A DNA stretch of 64,000 nucleotides from Zygnema circumcarinatum SAG 698-1b (taxonomy: Eukaryota > Plantae > Zygnematophyceae), in assembly GCA_037447605.1 (NCBI GenBank), contig CM074809.1:62001-126000 (forward strand), read 5' to 3'. The translations under genes were made by a program, and so were the position numbers. Shown here piece after piece: positions 19,757 to 34,800 of the stretch (position 1 is the first letter of the stretch; the number at the start of each line of letters is the position of its first letter). Under the pieces are notes generated by a model, which was given only the letters and a program-made list of their open reading frames with translations, was not told the origin of the DNA and searched no databases.

Positions 19757-22700
19757 GATGAGGTTGTTGGGTCCAAGAAGCGCGCCACATAAATTCTACA
19801 CTGATTTTTTTTTGTACTTCTTTGACGGCTTACCGTGTGAACTAATCGTGTCACACTCGATAGACTCTCCCAACGCTATACTGACAACATTTTCAGGGGC
19901 ATGGATCTGCACTACATCTTAGGTTTTTGAGTCCTCCTTTCCACTTAAACTTTTTGTTGCTTTTTTTTGCTAACTTTACGCTTAGCTCCGTGTGCTGGAG
20001 GCCCTCCTTGAGAAGGCGCCGAAGGGGGCCGTTTACAACCTCGCCGTAGGGTCGGAGAGGAGAATGTTCGCTTCGAAAGCAAAGATGAGAAAACGTTTTA
20101 TTCGAATTGACGCGCCCGCAAGAGCTGGCGGACATACGGAGGGGTGGCGCAGGCCTCGACAGGGAAGGGAAAGGGAGGGGAGTAATGCGAAGCATGCGAG
20201 AGCAGAGGGAGAGAGAGAGGAGGCGGAGGAATAAAAGAGAGAGAGCGTCCTCAGGTTCTTAAAGGTTTCGTTTAATATCAAGAGAGAAAGGAAGGACAAC
20301 AAGAAGCGAAAAGAAGATGAGAAAATTTGAGAGAACAAAGTCAGTTCTCTAGTTAAAAAAAGGGAAAAAAGAAGTGTTAAAGGGGGACAGTGGGAAGCAG
20401 TAACGCCAGAATAAACGGCAGAGGAGAAGCAATGGAGATGGGGGGAGAGGAGAGACGAGCCGGGGAGGGGCTCGCAGCAGAGACCGACCGACGGGCGGAA
20501 TGTGAGAGGGAGAGTGGGAGAGGGCGACAGAGGCGGGAGCGAAAGGAGGGAGAGGGAGAGGGAAGGGGAGTGGGAATGGGAGAGAGAGAGAGTGGGAGGG
20601 AGGGATGGAGGGAGGGAGGGAGAGAGTGAGACAGCACGGAGACGCACTCGCAGCGCCGGGGACCGCCCGCGGGGACCGGCCCGCCCCCCGGGCGCCTTGA
20701 CTTGGGGGACTGCTCGGGGACCGCCCCCCCGGGCGCTTTGACTTGGGGGACTGCGCGGGGACCGCCCGGCGGTCGGCACTCGTCCGCCGTCAGGGGGGTC
20801 AGGGCGGAGGGCGCACGCGAACCGGCGCCACGTGGCGGGACGCGACTGGCGGGCGCGCCACGCCGCGGCCGCACGCGATTTGGCGGCCGCACCGCGACGG
20901 GCGCAAGCTCACGGAGTTCCGGAAATCGCGGAGCCAATCGGAGGGTGTGGGGGCACGTGGCAGACAGGGGACAGCGGCCAGTGACGTGGCACATGAAGGT
21001 GTCTTGCAGTGGAGATTTTCAGAATTGGTACAGGCAGAAGCGGACCTGTTTTCTCTGCGATATCCTCGTTCTGGATATTACGGGACGCGGCTGGCGGGCG
21101 CGGCCCGGAGCTGCGCGCGCAAGCCGCCAGGCGGCCTCGGCCAGACTGCCCGCCGGCAGCCAGCGTACGGCAATTTCATGCGCGCAGTTGGCGGGGCCGT
21201 TCCGTTCTGTTCCGTCGTTCCAGCGGCGCGTCGATCATCCGCAAAAGTGCCACGAGGTCAATTCGTCGCCGCCGCCAGCTGGGCATGACGCCAATCACGA
21301 CAAAATCATCACAAAGTTGAGGGCGGCAAACCTTCTGAGATCGCGCTGACTCGGGATCCAGATAGCGCCGCGCCAGTGGCCGCCGCAGATCTGCGGTGTG
21401 CCCGCAGCTCAGTCGTGCCTTTGTCCGCTCTCGCCGGCCGCTCCGCTACGGCCACGTGGCAGGAGAGTGCGGCCGCGCCACCGACAAGAAGCGACAAGCG
21501 GCGGGGCCACCGCCATGAGCGCGCTAGGCACTTTTTGTCGCGCGCGGGGGCGGTCGCATCTGCCGACGGCCGCTGGATGACTCTACGTCAGCTCCTCCCG
21601 CCGCCGCCACGCTCACTGTTCAATGTCACGTGGCAGTCCACCGCGCGGAGGGGGGGGGGGGCTGGTCGGGCTGCGCTTTGATTCGTCGTTTCGTGTTTTC
21701 CCGCGGCTTGTGGAGCAGCCATGCGTGCATGCATGCATGCAGTTGTGGCGGCAAACTTGAGACTCGCTTGTACTTTGCAGGGTGCTGCTTACACCAACGA
21801 AACGGAGTGACCGCGTTTGTGGCACAATGCATCCAATAGTTTACAAAAGTAGTTCAGGCATTTTCAACCTTGAACTGACGGCCATACAATGATTCAACAA
21901 AATAAAAAAACAAGCCAACAAACCAATAACGCACTGGTACTAGAGCAAGGCTTGAAAAAATCGAGACCAAAATCATTAGAGTATTGGAGTGAGTTGCGTC
22001 TGAAAATGCTTAGCTGGTCAAAGCCGATAAGTTGAAAAAGACAGAGGCAAAGCACTCGTAATGTCAGGATTCGTTTATGAGAAACTCCCTGAAGTCACGG
22101 AAGTCCGGGTTTTGTTGATCCAACATCTCACTCTCCTAAGTCTGTCCAACGGCCAACCCTACCGAATAGGTTTGTACATTGAACGTTGAATGAAGTAAAA
22201 GTATGTTCAACTTCTCAACCAGTTTGATTTTACGGTACGGAGTTTTTACTGTGTGTTCCCAAACATTATCATTCTGGATGAATTGCAAGAAAAGCGAAGT
22301 ACAGTTCAGACACGGATGCGGTCGACACCACATCCAATAAACGCGGGGAATTGAAGAGACCCGCGGAGGAGAGCGGCCCCACCTTTTACAATTTACAATT
22401 TTCTAATCTCGAGGCTTGATCTCCTGAACATGTGCGCAGGACGACACGTGTCAATACATCGTTCAGCCGCATGCCGAGGCAAGCACGTCGGGCTGTCCTC
22501 CCTGAAGGAGCTGAGGGCGAAAACGCACACGCGACTGCCCCGCCCTCTGCGGCAATTGCTGCCCATGGCGCCAACGAACCATTGAACGCGGCGATTCCAT
22601 CACCTCCAGCCGCCACAGCCGCTTCCGGAGCCAACGTTCAGAGAACGAGCCAACCGCTCTCCCTGAAGGCAGATGCGGCCGGTGCCATCAAGCAGGGAAG

Positions 22701-22804
22701 TGACCGGCTGGGGGGGGTGGGAGGCAACCGACTTCAACTTCAGTTCAGCCGCTTTCGGTCAGCGGCCGCAAATCGTTCTGGCAGCGGGGGACGCTGCTTC
22801 ACAG

Positions 22805-25800
22805 TTACGATGTTTCGGTCGGTCGCCTGCTGAGGTGGACACCCTTGGGACTGGGCCGCAGCCAAAGGGGGGACAGACTGTCGGGCCCGCACGTGTCCAC
22901 AAAGGGCACGAGCACGCGGAGGTCCTTCCTGCGCGGGTCCGCGGCATCCGCGCCGTACGTCTCCAAGACCTTGCGGAGGGCGACCTGAGTGTTGATTAGT
23001 GCGGCTTCTCGTGAAGGCAGCGGCTCCGAGGTGGCCAATGAGAGGCCGCCCAGCCTCGCCATGCCGTCCCCATTCCCGTCCCCTGCCTGCTGCCCTTTTC
23101 CACTCGCATCCGCGACAGCAAATCGCTTTGCGAGGACCGAAGCAGTCGGAGCAGACGCCTGTGTACTCCTCAGCATTGCGTCGAGGACACTCTGCACTTC
23201 ATTTCGGCAGGAATGGCTGTCCAAAAACTGGGACACCGTGGCGTAGAGCTGAGGGATCTGAAGGGGGTCCGCAGGAGTGTGGGCGAAGAGGCAGCGCAGG
23301 AAGAACAGGACAGGTCGTTGGTATTCCACAGGCCCCTTCTCCAGCAGGCGCACTAAGTGCCCCAGAGCAAGGCCGGAATATCGCGGAAACCACTCGCGAC
23401 ACAGGAGGGGGGCCGTCCTCTCTAGCAGCTCCTCTGGCTTCGCCAAACGACCCTCTGCAAACGCCGTAAACACGTTGCCCAGTTCCTGCAAACCGCCACA
23501 CAAGATGGAATTCAACCTGGGGCTCCGTTGAAAGCAGCGGCATTTTCCGTAAATGACCAATGCGAGTAGCCGCATCTCCATCCAGTTTGGAATAAGTTCC
23601 ATCCTACAGTGAGTCCATGATTCTCAAGAATTGGTCGTTTCTCTCACTCTTTCACCCACTTCTCTTCCCTCCACACCCACCTCCCAGATCTCTCTCTCTC
23701 TCCCCCTCTCTCGTCCCCTTTCCCTCTCTCATTCCCGACGCACCTGAAGGCCTTGTCGAACGCAACACTGTGCAAGATTGGACGCGACAGAGACCGCTTG
23801 CGGAAGCTCATGGTCGAGCGTCGAAGTTAGAAGGAGCCCAAGCTGAGGGGAGGTCCCCAGGGGACGCTGCAGCTGAAGGAACAGCCATGGCAGCAATCCC
23901 ACGCAGTGCATGAGCAGGCGGGACTGGCTGCTCCCTAGCAGACGGTCGCAAGAGAGGAGGGTGACCCGCGAGAGCACCGCTATGGCTGCGTCGTGGCTCA
24001 CAGCCGACATGAGGCCCTTCAGGACCAATGGCTGCAGACCCTCAAAGGCCACCCCTTGTGCCTCCTGCTGCCTCTCCCTCCCGGGGGCTCCCTCTTCCAA
24101 GGGTTCAGGACCGCCTGCTCCGCCTGTGTTTGGCCCATCAGCTTGGTTCATTCCCAAGGGAGTGGGAGTGGGAGTGGGAGGGGGAGAGGGAGGGGTAGCC
24201 CTCCGCTCCCCTTCTCCGCTGGGCGGGGTGGTCTCATCGCGGGGCATGGACGAGAGGAGGACGCTCTCATGGGTCGGGTCACCGAGAGGGAGTCGATCGA
24301 GAATTCTAATAAGCAGCATAAGCGCGTTGGTGTATATGTGGACAAAGTCAGTATGCAGGAGCGCCACACAGCCCCAAAAGAGCTGAGGATAAAGAATAAT
24401 CTTTTCGGGCTCCATGATCTCGACCATCACCTACAGCCAAATCCAACGAACGTGATCCTCACACATGGTTACAAGCCACCAGATGATTCCCTTGCCTCGT
24501 TGCTTTCACTCCTTCTACTCATAGGCTCGTCGGAGGGCTGCAGCAGAGAACCAACTGCAGAGATGCATCCGCCGGCTACTAGCTGAGAAAGGACTGCTGA
24601 ATCAGATACTGCTAGTACACTATCGTTATGAACAGAAAATTAAAACACACAAAAAAAAGGAAGAAAAATACAAAAGGGCGAAGAAGACAGAAACACCCTG
24701 GGTGAAGAATTAGTCTTACGAGAAGTGGAATCCATGTTGCAAGTTCGTCTGCATGCAACTATGCGAGCTCACCTGCAAACTGAGGATGATCTCCTGGACA
24801 GCCCCGAGCACCGGCAGCGACATGTGGCAGAAGCAGCGGTGCAGGCAGCGCAGCAGCGCAACGCAGCGGTCGGCCGTCACCGCCGGTCGGAGGGCGCGGA
24901 AGATCTGATGGGAGCGGCAGGACACGTGGCGGGAGGAGCACTCCATGGCCCACTTCAGGGCCTCCTCGCCCCACCTCTCCCGCAGGTCGCCCTGCACAGA
25001 GCGACCCGTCCTTCCTATTCTCGTTTCAGCATATGTAAAACAAACATGCAATGCATGCAGCCTGAAGATTAAGTATGGCAGATAATACAGGAATGACCGG
25101 AAGTAACGACGATGTGACACTGGGAGCAATTGGATGAGGACCTGGAAAAAAATGGCATCCACAACGCTGAGGACGAGGGACGCAAGAAGGGCTGCGCTTG
25201 GCAGCTGCGTGCGAGCGAGAGTGATACCCTCGCTCTCCCACATGAGACTCCCCTGCTTGGCTTGGAGATACTTGATCAGGCTCACAACCTGCACCCCCTC
25301 CGATTCGTTTGCACCTCAGCGCTTGTTGCCCTCTCCCTCTCCCTCCTCTCCCTCTCCCTCTCCCTCTCTCTCCCTCTCCCTCTCCCTCTCCCTCTCCTCT
25401 CCCTCTCCCTCTCCCTCTCCCTCTCCCTCTCCCTCTCCCTCTCCTCTCCCTCTCCCTCTCCCTCTCCCTCTCCCTCTCCCTCCCTCTCCCTCCTCCCTCT
25501 CCCTCTCCCTCTCCCTCTCCCTCTCCCTCCTCCTCTCCCTCTCCCTCTCCCTCTCTCCTCTCCTCTCCCTCTCCCGCTCCCTCTCCCTCTCCCTCTCCCT
25601 CTCCCTCTCCCTCTCCTCTCCCTCTCCCTCTCCCTCTCCCTCTCCCTCTCCCTCTCCCTCTCCCTCTCCTCTCCCTCTCCCTCTCCCTCTCCTCTCCCTC
25701 TCCCTCTCCCTCTCCCTCTCCCTCTCCCTCTCCCTCTCCCTCTCCCTCTCCTCTCCCTCTCCCTCTCCCTCTCCCTCTCCCTCTCCCACTCCCTCTCCCT

Positions 25801-28800
25801 CGCCCTCTCCCTCTCCCCCTCCCACTCTCCACTGCCACAAGTCTCCGGAAAAAGCAGTAGTCGAAGCACCTGCTGCTTGTACTGGCCGTCCCCCTGGTCC
25901 CGCCCGTCGTAGAGCTCCAGGTGGCGGCCCGCGAGCGCGTAGAGCAGGTTCACGAGGAGCTGCTGCGCGTGCTGCAGCACGATGGCCTCCACGCTGTCCA
26001 TGCTCACGAACGCCACGTGGAAAAGGAGGGGAAGGTGCCCGCGGAAATCTTCGTCGTTTTCGTATGCGATTTCGGCCAATAGAATGAGGCCGATGTCTGC
26101 TCTTGACAGCCAATGCTGTGCGGGCAAATGTTCCCTCCGCGGGATGGGGCCCTTGAGAGTCGGTGCACCGTCCACATGGAACGCCATCCCTTCAGTTCCA
26201 GTTCCGATGCCGTCAAACCAGGGTCCATCTCCACTCTCTCGCGACAGATGTCCACTGCTGTTGCTCACCTGTTCCGAGCAGCTTCCGCAGTTTCAATGAC
26301 AGGCGAAAAACTTACAGCCCAAGATTTGACGTTTGCGCCGACAAGAACCATACCGAACACTTGCCTCAGTCGCATGCAGAGAACATCTCAAACTGATGCC
26401 CCCAATCCACGTCTCAGCACCTTCCCCGCCCTTGAGAAGCGGCGATCCAAGGACCTAAACTCATCGCAGCTTTGCATATTGTGGTACAAGGCAAAGGCTA
26501 AACGAAGAGCCGGCGGCCGAGGAAGATCTTGTAAGAAGATAAGAAGATATATATAAGAAGATACATACTGACCGGGACTAAACTGCCGGTCGACCTCGCG
26601 GACGTGCGCTGGGATTCTGCATTCCACTGGGCCAGCCTTCCGAGGGTTCCGTGGCGGTGCCATGGAATTCCAAAGCTGCCGCTCCCTCCCTTCCAAGTGG
26701 GGGCCGAGGCCTCCACTCCGTGAAGCATCCGGGGAGAGAGGGTGGGCGTTGTCGTGTCCTGCCAGAAAGTCGGTAGCCCTCTTTCATTTGCCAGAATTTG
26801 CTTTTCGACCCTATATATGTACACTTCAGAAAGTATAGATCAAAGGTTTAAACATGAGTACAGGATGGGCGATTTTCAATAGAGGCAGCAGGCATGCCTG
26901 TGGTAGAGCGAAGCCCTGTGAAAACTCGAGGCCCGGAGTAGTCTCCAGCTCGCCGGTGATGGCCTCCATAGTGCGCTTCAATTCCGCCTCCGCGTCTTCC
27001 TCCAGGAGGCGCTGCGCGAGCTCATACACCTGCCCTCCAAATTTTTTGAAAAGGGGCTTAAAAATTAGAAGATAACTCGCACCGAGGGGGCAGAAAGAGA
27101 CGAGAACGAAACTGACATTCTTTTTTTTCAGTCGCTTCAAAGATGACAGGGCAATCTACCAGCTGATCGATCGTCTGTTGCGGCGATATGCGAGCAAGGT
27201 ACAGGCTGACACGTTTCGCCACACTGAAGTACGTTGCCAGAGCACCGCTGATTTCTCCGGACGCATTCGAGTCGCAGTCTTCAATGCCCTGCCATGGCTT
27301 TCACAGGTTAGCCTTCACCCCATCCGCATTCGCAACAACATGACTCGAGCGGATTTTAACGTTTTCCAGGGCATGCATGCTCTGTATGTGCCACCTTAGA
27401 GATGAGGAAGTTGAGGACAGGGACGATGTTGCGCGACTTGGCGGCGATGGTCGACCAGAGCTTCTCGATCTCGTCAGGGAATTGGTCCCCGTGCCGCCAC
27501 GTCACATAGTACAGACTCTTCAGCAGACGCTCACTCCACCCCGAGTCCCATAACGCGACCAGGTTCAGGTTCTCCATCCACGGGGCCATGCAAGTCAGGA
27601 CCTGCACGAACCTGCCCGCTTTCAGAGGATAGACAGCAAGCAGACATGCATGCATGCATGCTCACATAGCTTCCAAGAGATTGTTCCGGGGGATCTGTCA
27701 GACAAAGCCCCATCGACAGCCCTGACGCATGCAGCAAACCCTGTGTAGATCACCTGATGTTGAGCAATTATGTCCACAGCATCCAGTTGCCGTTGCATAA
27801 TCTCTTCACAGAGCAGCTCGCTGAGCTCAGGATGCTCCCTCGCCAGCTTGGCGCTGAGCTGGTATTGGAACTGCTGGTAGGAGTCCGGGAGGGAGCCCAC
27901 CACCGCCGCCCTGTACCGCCCTGTGCGACCCCCCTCGCCATCTTCCGACCACTCGCGCAGCGATAGTGTCTCCAACATCCGCAACGCGCTGTCTCTGATT
28001 TGGCGGGAGGGGTCCACCACCTGCACATTACAGTACATGGCTAGCCTGCTTTAGGAAAGGCGAGCCTCAAAACTTGAATTAGGGTTGCAGGTCTCTGTCC
28101 ATGTAACGATATGTTGAAAAAGTGGCTTCACCTTGTAGAGGATAACACTGAGCAGGCGCTGCGGCTGGCAGTGCGGGCACTCGTAGCGCATGTACACCTC
28201 GGCCAGGACGGTATAAAAGCAATCTGCTAAAGTCGTGTCTGCATTATAGCACTGCACCCCCCACGGCCCAAATTTGTTTCATTACCTTTCGTTGCTGCGG
28301 GTGACAGAATAGTTCTGAGACATCCTGCAGGTTTGCTGCTATTTCAGGGCAGTCGACAACAGCCACACCTGGTCTATGCATGCCGGAAGAAGGTCCAAAT
28401 TGGTCTGCAGAAGGTTAAGCAGCGCCTCTTTTCCCAGCATGGCTCTCTGCCATGTCCCTCCAACTGCTCCCCGCCGATCTTTGCCGCCTGTTCTGCCTCG
28501 TCTGTTCCCTCTCACAGTGCCGAAACCCAACCTGCCTTGGGGAGACTTTGATGGGCTTCTTGGGCGAGAACGTGTGGGAGAGCCCCTCCCTCTCTGGGAG
28601 GGCTGCGGCACAATCAGAGACTTCACCCACCCTATGACTCGGCCTGTCATCTTGCGCATGCCCTCGTCGATGCAGGGGCCGTAGAGGAGAGCGGCCATGG
28701 CCTTGAGGGACATCCACTGCACACCACCTCATAAGACGATAGACCGGCTCACTTTCTGTTCAACTCACGAAACTGCAGGGGAAGCTCAGACCCCATGAAT

Positions 28801-31800
28801 GAGTAGCCTTCCCATGTATGCAGAATCCCCTAGAGATTATTGGCAAGGCGTAGCATGTACCTCAAGTGCTTCCGCCTGGTCATCGATCTCCTTCTCGAGG
28901 GCCGCCCTCTCCGCCGCGTCTTTTGTCCTGCTTGTCGCCGTCTGCCGCCACCTCTCAATCTCGCGCCTGTACTCCATGGCGCCTGTGCTGCTGTCCTGTC
29001 CGCTCAGACTCCCGCCCCCGCTTGAATCATCGCACCATGTTGCAAAGAGATCAAAAAGCCGCTTCCGCCACCTGCAAATCCCACCAAAACAGGGAACACA
29101 GCATTCGTCAGTGCTAGACATGTAGCAGCACATAACCGAAGGAAGATATCCTCAGTCACAGCGGCCATACTTGTCCGTCCTCTTTCTGTCTGAGGTTGAT
29201 GTTGGTGCATCCCAAACTCTCCACTCCACTGCCGCAAGGGACACTCAAGAACCTCTCTCCTTCCCGTCAACCCCACTCGTGAAAAGATGCAATTCCTCGT
29301 GAAACAGTCTAACCTCCCGGCTTCGTTCCCACTCCCACTCCCAGGCAGAGGCGAGGCCTTGAGCACGCACTTGACGTCGAACTTGTCCGGTGCGGCCGCG
29401 ACCATCTCCTTGGTGAGCGCGCGCACTACGGCCGCGAGCGCGAAGCGGAGGGGCTGGCCGTCCGGGAAGGCGTCCCCCGCGAGCACCGCGACGTGCTGCG
29501 CGGTGTCCCCCACGAACCGCGCGTACTGCTGCCGGAGCCACGCGCGGCTGCGGACCGCGCCCGGCCGGAGGCCCTGGGCGGCCACCCGGTACACCTGGGC
29601 GACGAACACCTTCAGCTCCTCCTTGCGCAGCTTCTGCCCCTGCATGCACCGGAGTGGGACGCACGCACGCACACCAAGGCTTGCACTCAGAGGACTGTTA
29701 CTCTGCTTCGTACGGTGGGTCATGCGAGAAACGCGGAAAGGCAGGAAACGAGGGCGGAGAGAGTGAAGCACGGAGAAGCAGACAGGCAGGTAAAGAGGGA
29801 GAAATAGAATTGTGTGTATGTACATATATACAAAAGAGACACGTGGCAAACGATAGACGGCAGCTTCTGTTGGGGCCACCCTGCTGCTGTCACCTTCCAT
29901 TTGCGACTCTCCATTTCCAAGGTGACATCTTCAGCCCATCCACCAAGCTCCGTCATCATTGTCTCGCAAATCGCGGAATGAGAATTTCCCATCGCCATGG
30001 ACGCGGCATGCTGCACACGCAGACATACCCCTCTGCCATGTCAGGTAGACATAACGCAGCCGAGAAGAGACGTGACGACGACGGCAGCAGCAGCAGCAGC
30101 AGCAGCAATAGCCCCAACAGGCGGGGCCCCATACCAGCGCCCCCTCGATGCCCATGCGCGCGAGCAGCAGGACGCGGCGGAGGAGGTCCTGGGCGGACTG
30201 CAGGCCCCCGTCCGGCGCGTCCTCGGGGGGACACGCACAGGCGAACATGGCGTACAGCTCCCACTGCTCCAACCGGGCCTCGCTGTCAAGGGCCCACGCG
30301 CCCTTGCTGCTGCTGCTGCTGTTGCCGCTGCTGCCGCTGCCGGCCTCTGAGGGGTCCGGACCTTTCAGACGGTGGGTAACTATTTCCTGCCTGCCGCGTG
30401 TCAGACAAAATCCGCCACTTGTCACCCTCACTGGACGGACAGCAGCAGACGAAACGATGCTTTGAGAAAGCAAGGTTTTTGAGCCTGCTGACGACCGGAG
30501 AGGTTCAAGAAATGGATGGGCAAAGGAGAACGCTGAACACACTTTTCCTGCCATGCCATGCTGTGCCATGTATGTGTGTATGTGCGCTTTCATGCAGCAG
30601 AGAGGAAGCGGTCACACACCGTGCCCCCTGGACTGAAGCCGAACAAAGCTCTGCACAGTATTTGACGAGCTCGCTAAGGCAACGCGCCCACCGGCCCCGG
30701 TCCGTGCCCTCCCAAATGCTCAGCAGAGTGACCTCAGGAGGGATGCCCTCCTCCCGGCCAGCGTCTGGAAGCATCTCCTGCCATCTCCCTGTATCCCAAT
30801 AGCACTTCTGCACCACATCATCCTGCACAATCAAACACAACAACCTTGTTAGCTGCACGACTTTTCCCTTTCCTCTTCCTCACATAGCCTCGGCAACCCA
30901 AGGAGAACGTGTGACATCACACAGACGAAGGCCCGAGTTGAGCATGTAAAAACTTAAGAGAAAGCGAGACGAAAGAGCTTGCCCCGCTTTCTTCGATGAC
31001 GTCAATCACATGCGTCACTTCCTCCAATTCCGGCGGGATTTCTCCAAGGTTCGCCGCAGCAAACTCCGCGAGGTCTTGATAGAGGGCCCGTTTACTGCGC
31101 AGGAGGTCCATGGCTGTGCGGCGAACCTGCACGTCATTGGAGCACAAGAACACGAGCCCCGTCGCATCCAATCCCGGAAACTCAAAGCGCGCCATAGTGT
31201 CCGCGTCCATGCCATAGCGGCCGCGCAGGGCAGCTCGGGACCGCGGAGAGCCGCCTTCTGGGGTTGTGCCCCCAGCGGCTGCGGCCACCTGGGCTTCCTG
31301 GGCGAGGCACTGGCGCCACGTCACAAGCAGCTGCACTAGGCGCGCAAGGGAGGTCTGAATCAGGAGGGGATAGTCGTCGGCGATGAGCAGGGTGAAGTCG
31401 ACCATGCCTCGCAGAACTGGAAATCGGCTTCGAGGAAGGTCGCGCATAGTGCGGAACAGAACCTTACACCAAGCATACGTTGAAGAACGCATGTTAGGAG
31501 AAAAGGACCAGTTTTTCTACGCGTGCAAACAATGATGGAGGTGCTCCAATTTGGAAGAAACTTTCCAAGCATATTCTTGGTGAAAGTACACAAGAAGCCA
31601 AACACAACAGTGGGAGCTGAAGTAGGGCTCGTTCGCGCAACAGGCAGACACAGTCCATAAAACGCTGCCTTGGAGTAGAAATTGTAGGAATTGCAGCTGG
31701 GTGATCGACTGTACCTGCACAGCCTCTTCCCGCACACCGGGCTCAGTGCTGATTGTATAGACGGGGATGACTCTTGTCATTCTGTCAGTCCACCACTCCT

Positions 31801-34800
31801 CCGGAATGAGATGAGGGGAACATTTGAGAGCCCATCGGAAGACTTGCCACCCCTGTTGCCGGTCCTTTGTCAGAGGTTCTGTCAACAGCCATAGCAGGAC
31901 AAAACCACCAGCGTCATCCATCTATGGCATATCAGCGCTCACGCTCTCCCTGGACTCTCTAATTATTACTCTTTCCCCTGCCGGGCCTCTGGAGAAAATT
32001 CCTAATTCAACAGATCACAAGCATGTCCGATTCCCTCAAATCCCAAAGGCTTCATATGCAAGGACTGGCTGGCACGCATCCAAGTTTCTAACTGCAGTTC
32101 AAAGCTTGACATATAATCGCATGAATGTTGCCGTGTATCCCGTCCTAAAGAATTTCTGTAGTGTTACGTCGCACACCCCTCACCTATGAGCGGCTTGGGA
32201 GAGACCAAAAGCATAGGCGAGAATGAATTGTGGCACTGCTTGATGATGGTGCCCAAACACGCTCGCACTTTCTCCATGTGGGGGGCGAGAAGGGCCATAT
32301 CCCAGGCCCCTATGCTTCCCCTCCCATAGTCTCCGGAGCCAATGGCCCGTCTCCTCCATCCCCCGGGCAGGGAGGGAGGGCGGGCCCTCTGCTGCTGCCT
32401 GAGGGCTCCCCCGTTCGAGGACTCGCTCTCGCCCCCAAGGAGAGACCCTTCCCCGGGGTGGGCGGTGCTCTGAACTACGGCGAGGAGGGCGCGGAGGCCA
32501 ATCACCTGCACGCATGCACAGGGCTGCCCACAATTCGGTACGATGCGGGATATGCGAAAGAAATGCAAAGCCAGTGTCAAGACGAATGTTAAATTCGCGC
32601 TTCAATAAAGCGGGGCGAGTTGGGAACAGAGAAGCAATGGGGAGGGGCTACCGACTTTGGCCTCGCCGAGGCCCGGCAGCTTGAGCAGCTCCAGCACGAT
32701 CTCGTTCATGGCAAAGTCCAAGTTGGTGGCCGCAATGGTAGCGCAGAAGTCGACAATGCGGTCGTGCTGCATGTCTTGGGCGAGGGTACCCTTCTTCAGG
32801 CTGGCCATCAGCTGCTTACTGATGCTCTGCACATGGATGCCTCCCACAAATCCCATCCCGCTCCCGTCTCAGTCATCAGAAGCAGACTGTGATAGAACTA
32901 AAGAAGTGAAGTGAAGTAAAGACGGCAGTCAGCGGCTGATTGTCTGCTGAGCTTTTAGATTCAAGAGAGTCACTTCTTGCAGGCAATTGAGTGCCTCAAT
33001 TCTGAATACTCAGCCCATACAGCCGGACTGCCACCTAAGTAGATTGAGCGTGGACTTTGGCAGTTTGTCTTGCTCACCTGCAAAACATCCCACACTTCAC
33101 GCTTTGCGTGGAGGTAGGCGTAGACGCTGAGATAAAAGTGGGTGAGGCGATGGAGACAGTCGAGTGCCACCCCTCGGTGGTTCTTCTCCTGCACATTCTC
33201 AGTCATGGAAACTGTCGGTCAGGTCTCGGTTACACTTTTTAGTTTCCTTGACACCTCTGCGCCCGTGACACGAAAAAAATGCCGTAGAGGAGGAAGGTAA
33301 GAGCCCTTGCGGGAGTGTGACCATCGAACTAGCATATAGCATGAGAGGGTTGGATCGAATACACACCCTGAGCTGCTTAAAAAGCATCTCAAGATAGGGA
33401 GAAAACGATTTCTCGAACGACTGCTGATCGCCCAAGCACAGCAGCAGAGTTATTAAAGGATATGCCACCTGCAGTGAAGCAGAATTCGAAGTCAACTTCT
33501 TCGTCATATTTCGTACTCCAAAAGCAGTAGAACAAAGAAGGAAGAGTAGCCTAAAACGGAACACAGAAATCAGCTCTCAAGTCTTGTAGACCTCATGCAA
33601 AAGAAATCCCCTCCTCTCCTAAAGAGACTGACCTGCATGTGCCGCGACTGTTTGTCCATCTGGAGAGTGAGCGTGCTCTGCTTCTCCATCCATGCAAAGA
33701 GCTGTGCACGTAGCTGCAGCACCGCCGCGTTCCAAGAAATGACCGCGTCCCCGCCGGTCCGGGGCGGCCATTGCCCGCGAGGGAGCTCCGTGAGGGGGGC
33801 GAGGACACCGGCCAGCATGGTGCACAGCGCGTGCTGAACCTCGGTCTTCTTCTTAGAGGGAGCTCTGCTCAGGGGATTGGCTCTCATCAAAAAGCCTCTC
33901 GACGCCAAGATCTCGCTTGCCGTGTTCATCTGCATGGAATCTAGAATCGCTTCTTGATAACTGGAGTAGGAATGCTCTTCAAGGACTAGCATAGGCTCAG
34001 CAATGGACCTGGGTTTGTGGCCAAATGCAGTGAGGGTGCTAATGAACAAATTCAATATGAAAGTGGCGCAGGTTTTCTGACAGCTATATGAATGCACAAA
34101 ACGTACTGAGAGTCTGATGAACCGCATCCCATGAATGAGAGTGAGGAGCTCGGAGCGAACAAGCAGGAAGTCATAGCGTTGGTTCTTCAGGTCCAACGCG
34201 AGACGGTCGGCTCCCCGGAATATGTCAAGGACCGGTATGTGACGAGCACTCGGCAAATCATATCGCATGCTGGGGGGGTCAGATGCGCGAGCATCGACCT
34301 CAAGGAAAAAGCGCGGGATGAGGGTATGGAACCTACAGCAACAAAATGCAGGGCCTCATTTCGGGAAAAAGGAGGGGTGAAAAAGGGGGGGAAAGGGGGG
34401 AGAGATGGGGGGATCACTTTTACTCGCATAATTGTTTCCCATTGGAGAGGTGAGATAGCGTTTACACATTGAATCTGCTCTATAAGTTCCACCAAACTAC
34501 AGGTTTTTGCTGGTCATATATCATCCGTTTGCACCAGTGAGAACAATTCATTCTTTTTTTCTTCTTCTCAAGCGTCGATGCTTTCTACTTTGGATACAAG
34601 TTCACGAAAGGCTTTATTTCTCAGAGCCCCGATTATTCTTTTTCGTTTTCAAGATTTTGGCTTCATGAGCTTTTAACTAGATAACTTTTTTATTCACTTA
34701 ATCAAGACAGTCAAGACTTTTCTAGCTTTGCTAATGGACGACATGAGAACATAAAGGAGCGCACTTACCGCCTCGTTGACAAGGCACCTGCAAGCTGCGC

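Noticed and set aside
20660-20770. ~45-bp GC-rich tandem repeat (x2) upstream of the kinase
   Set aside because: Only two units with no spacers or cas genes; not CRISPR and not assignable to a family.
25026-26268. ERER/GRGR/PSPS/LPLP ORFs of 180-330 aa
   Set aside because: Translation of the intronic (CCCTCT)n tract; the real Furry exons flank it.
30080-30110. Poly-Cys/poly-Ala run in Furry ORFs
   Set aside because: The (GCA)n repeat lies in the intron between ..MGIEGAL and HAASMAM..
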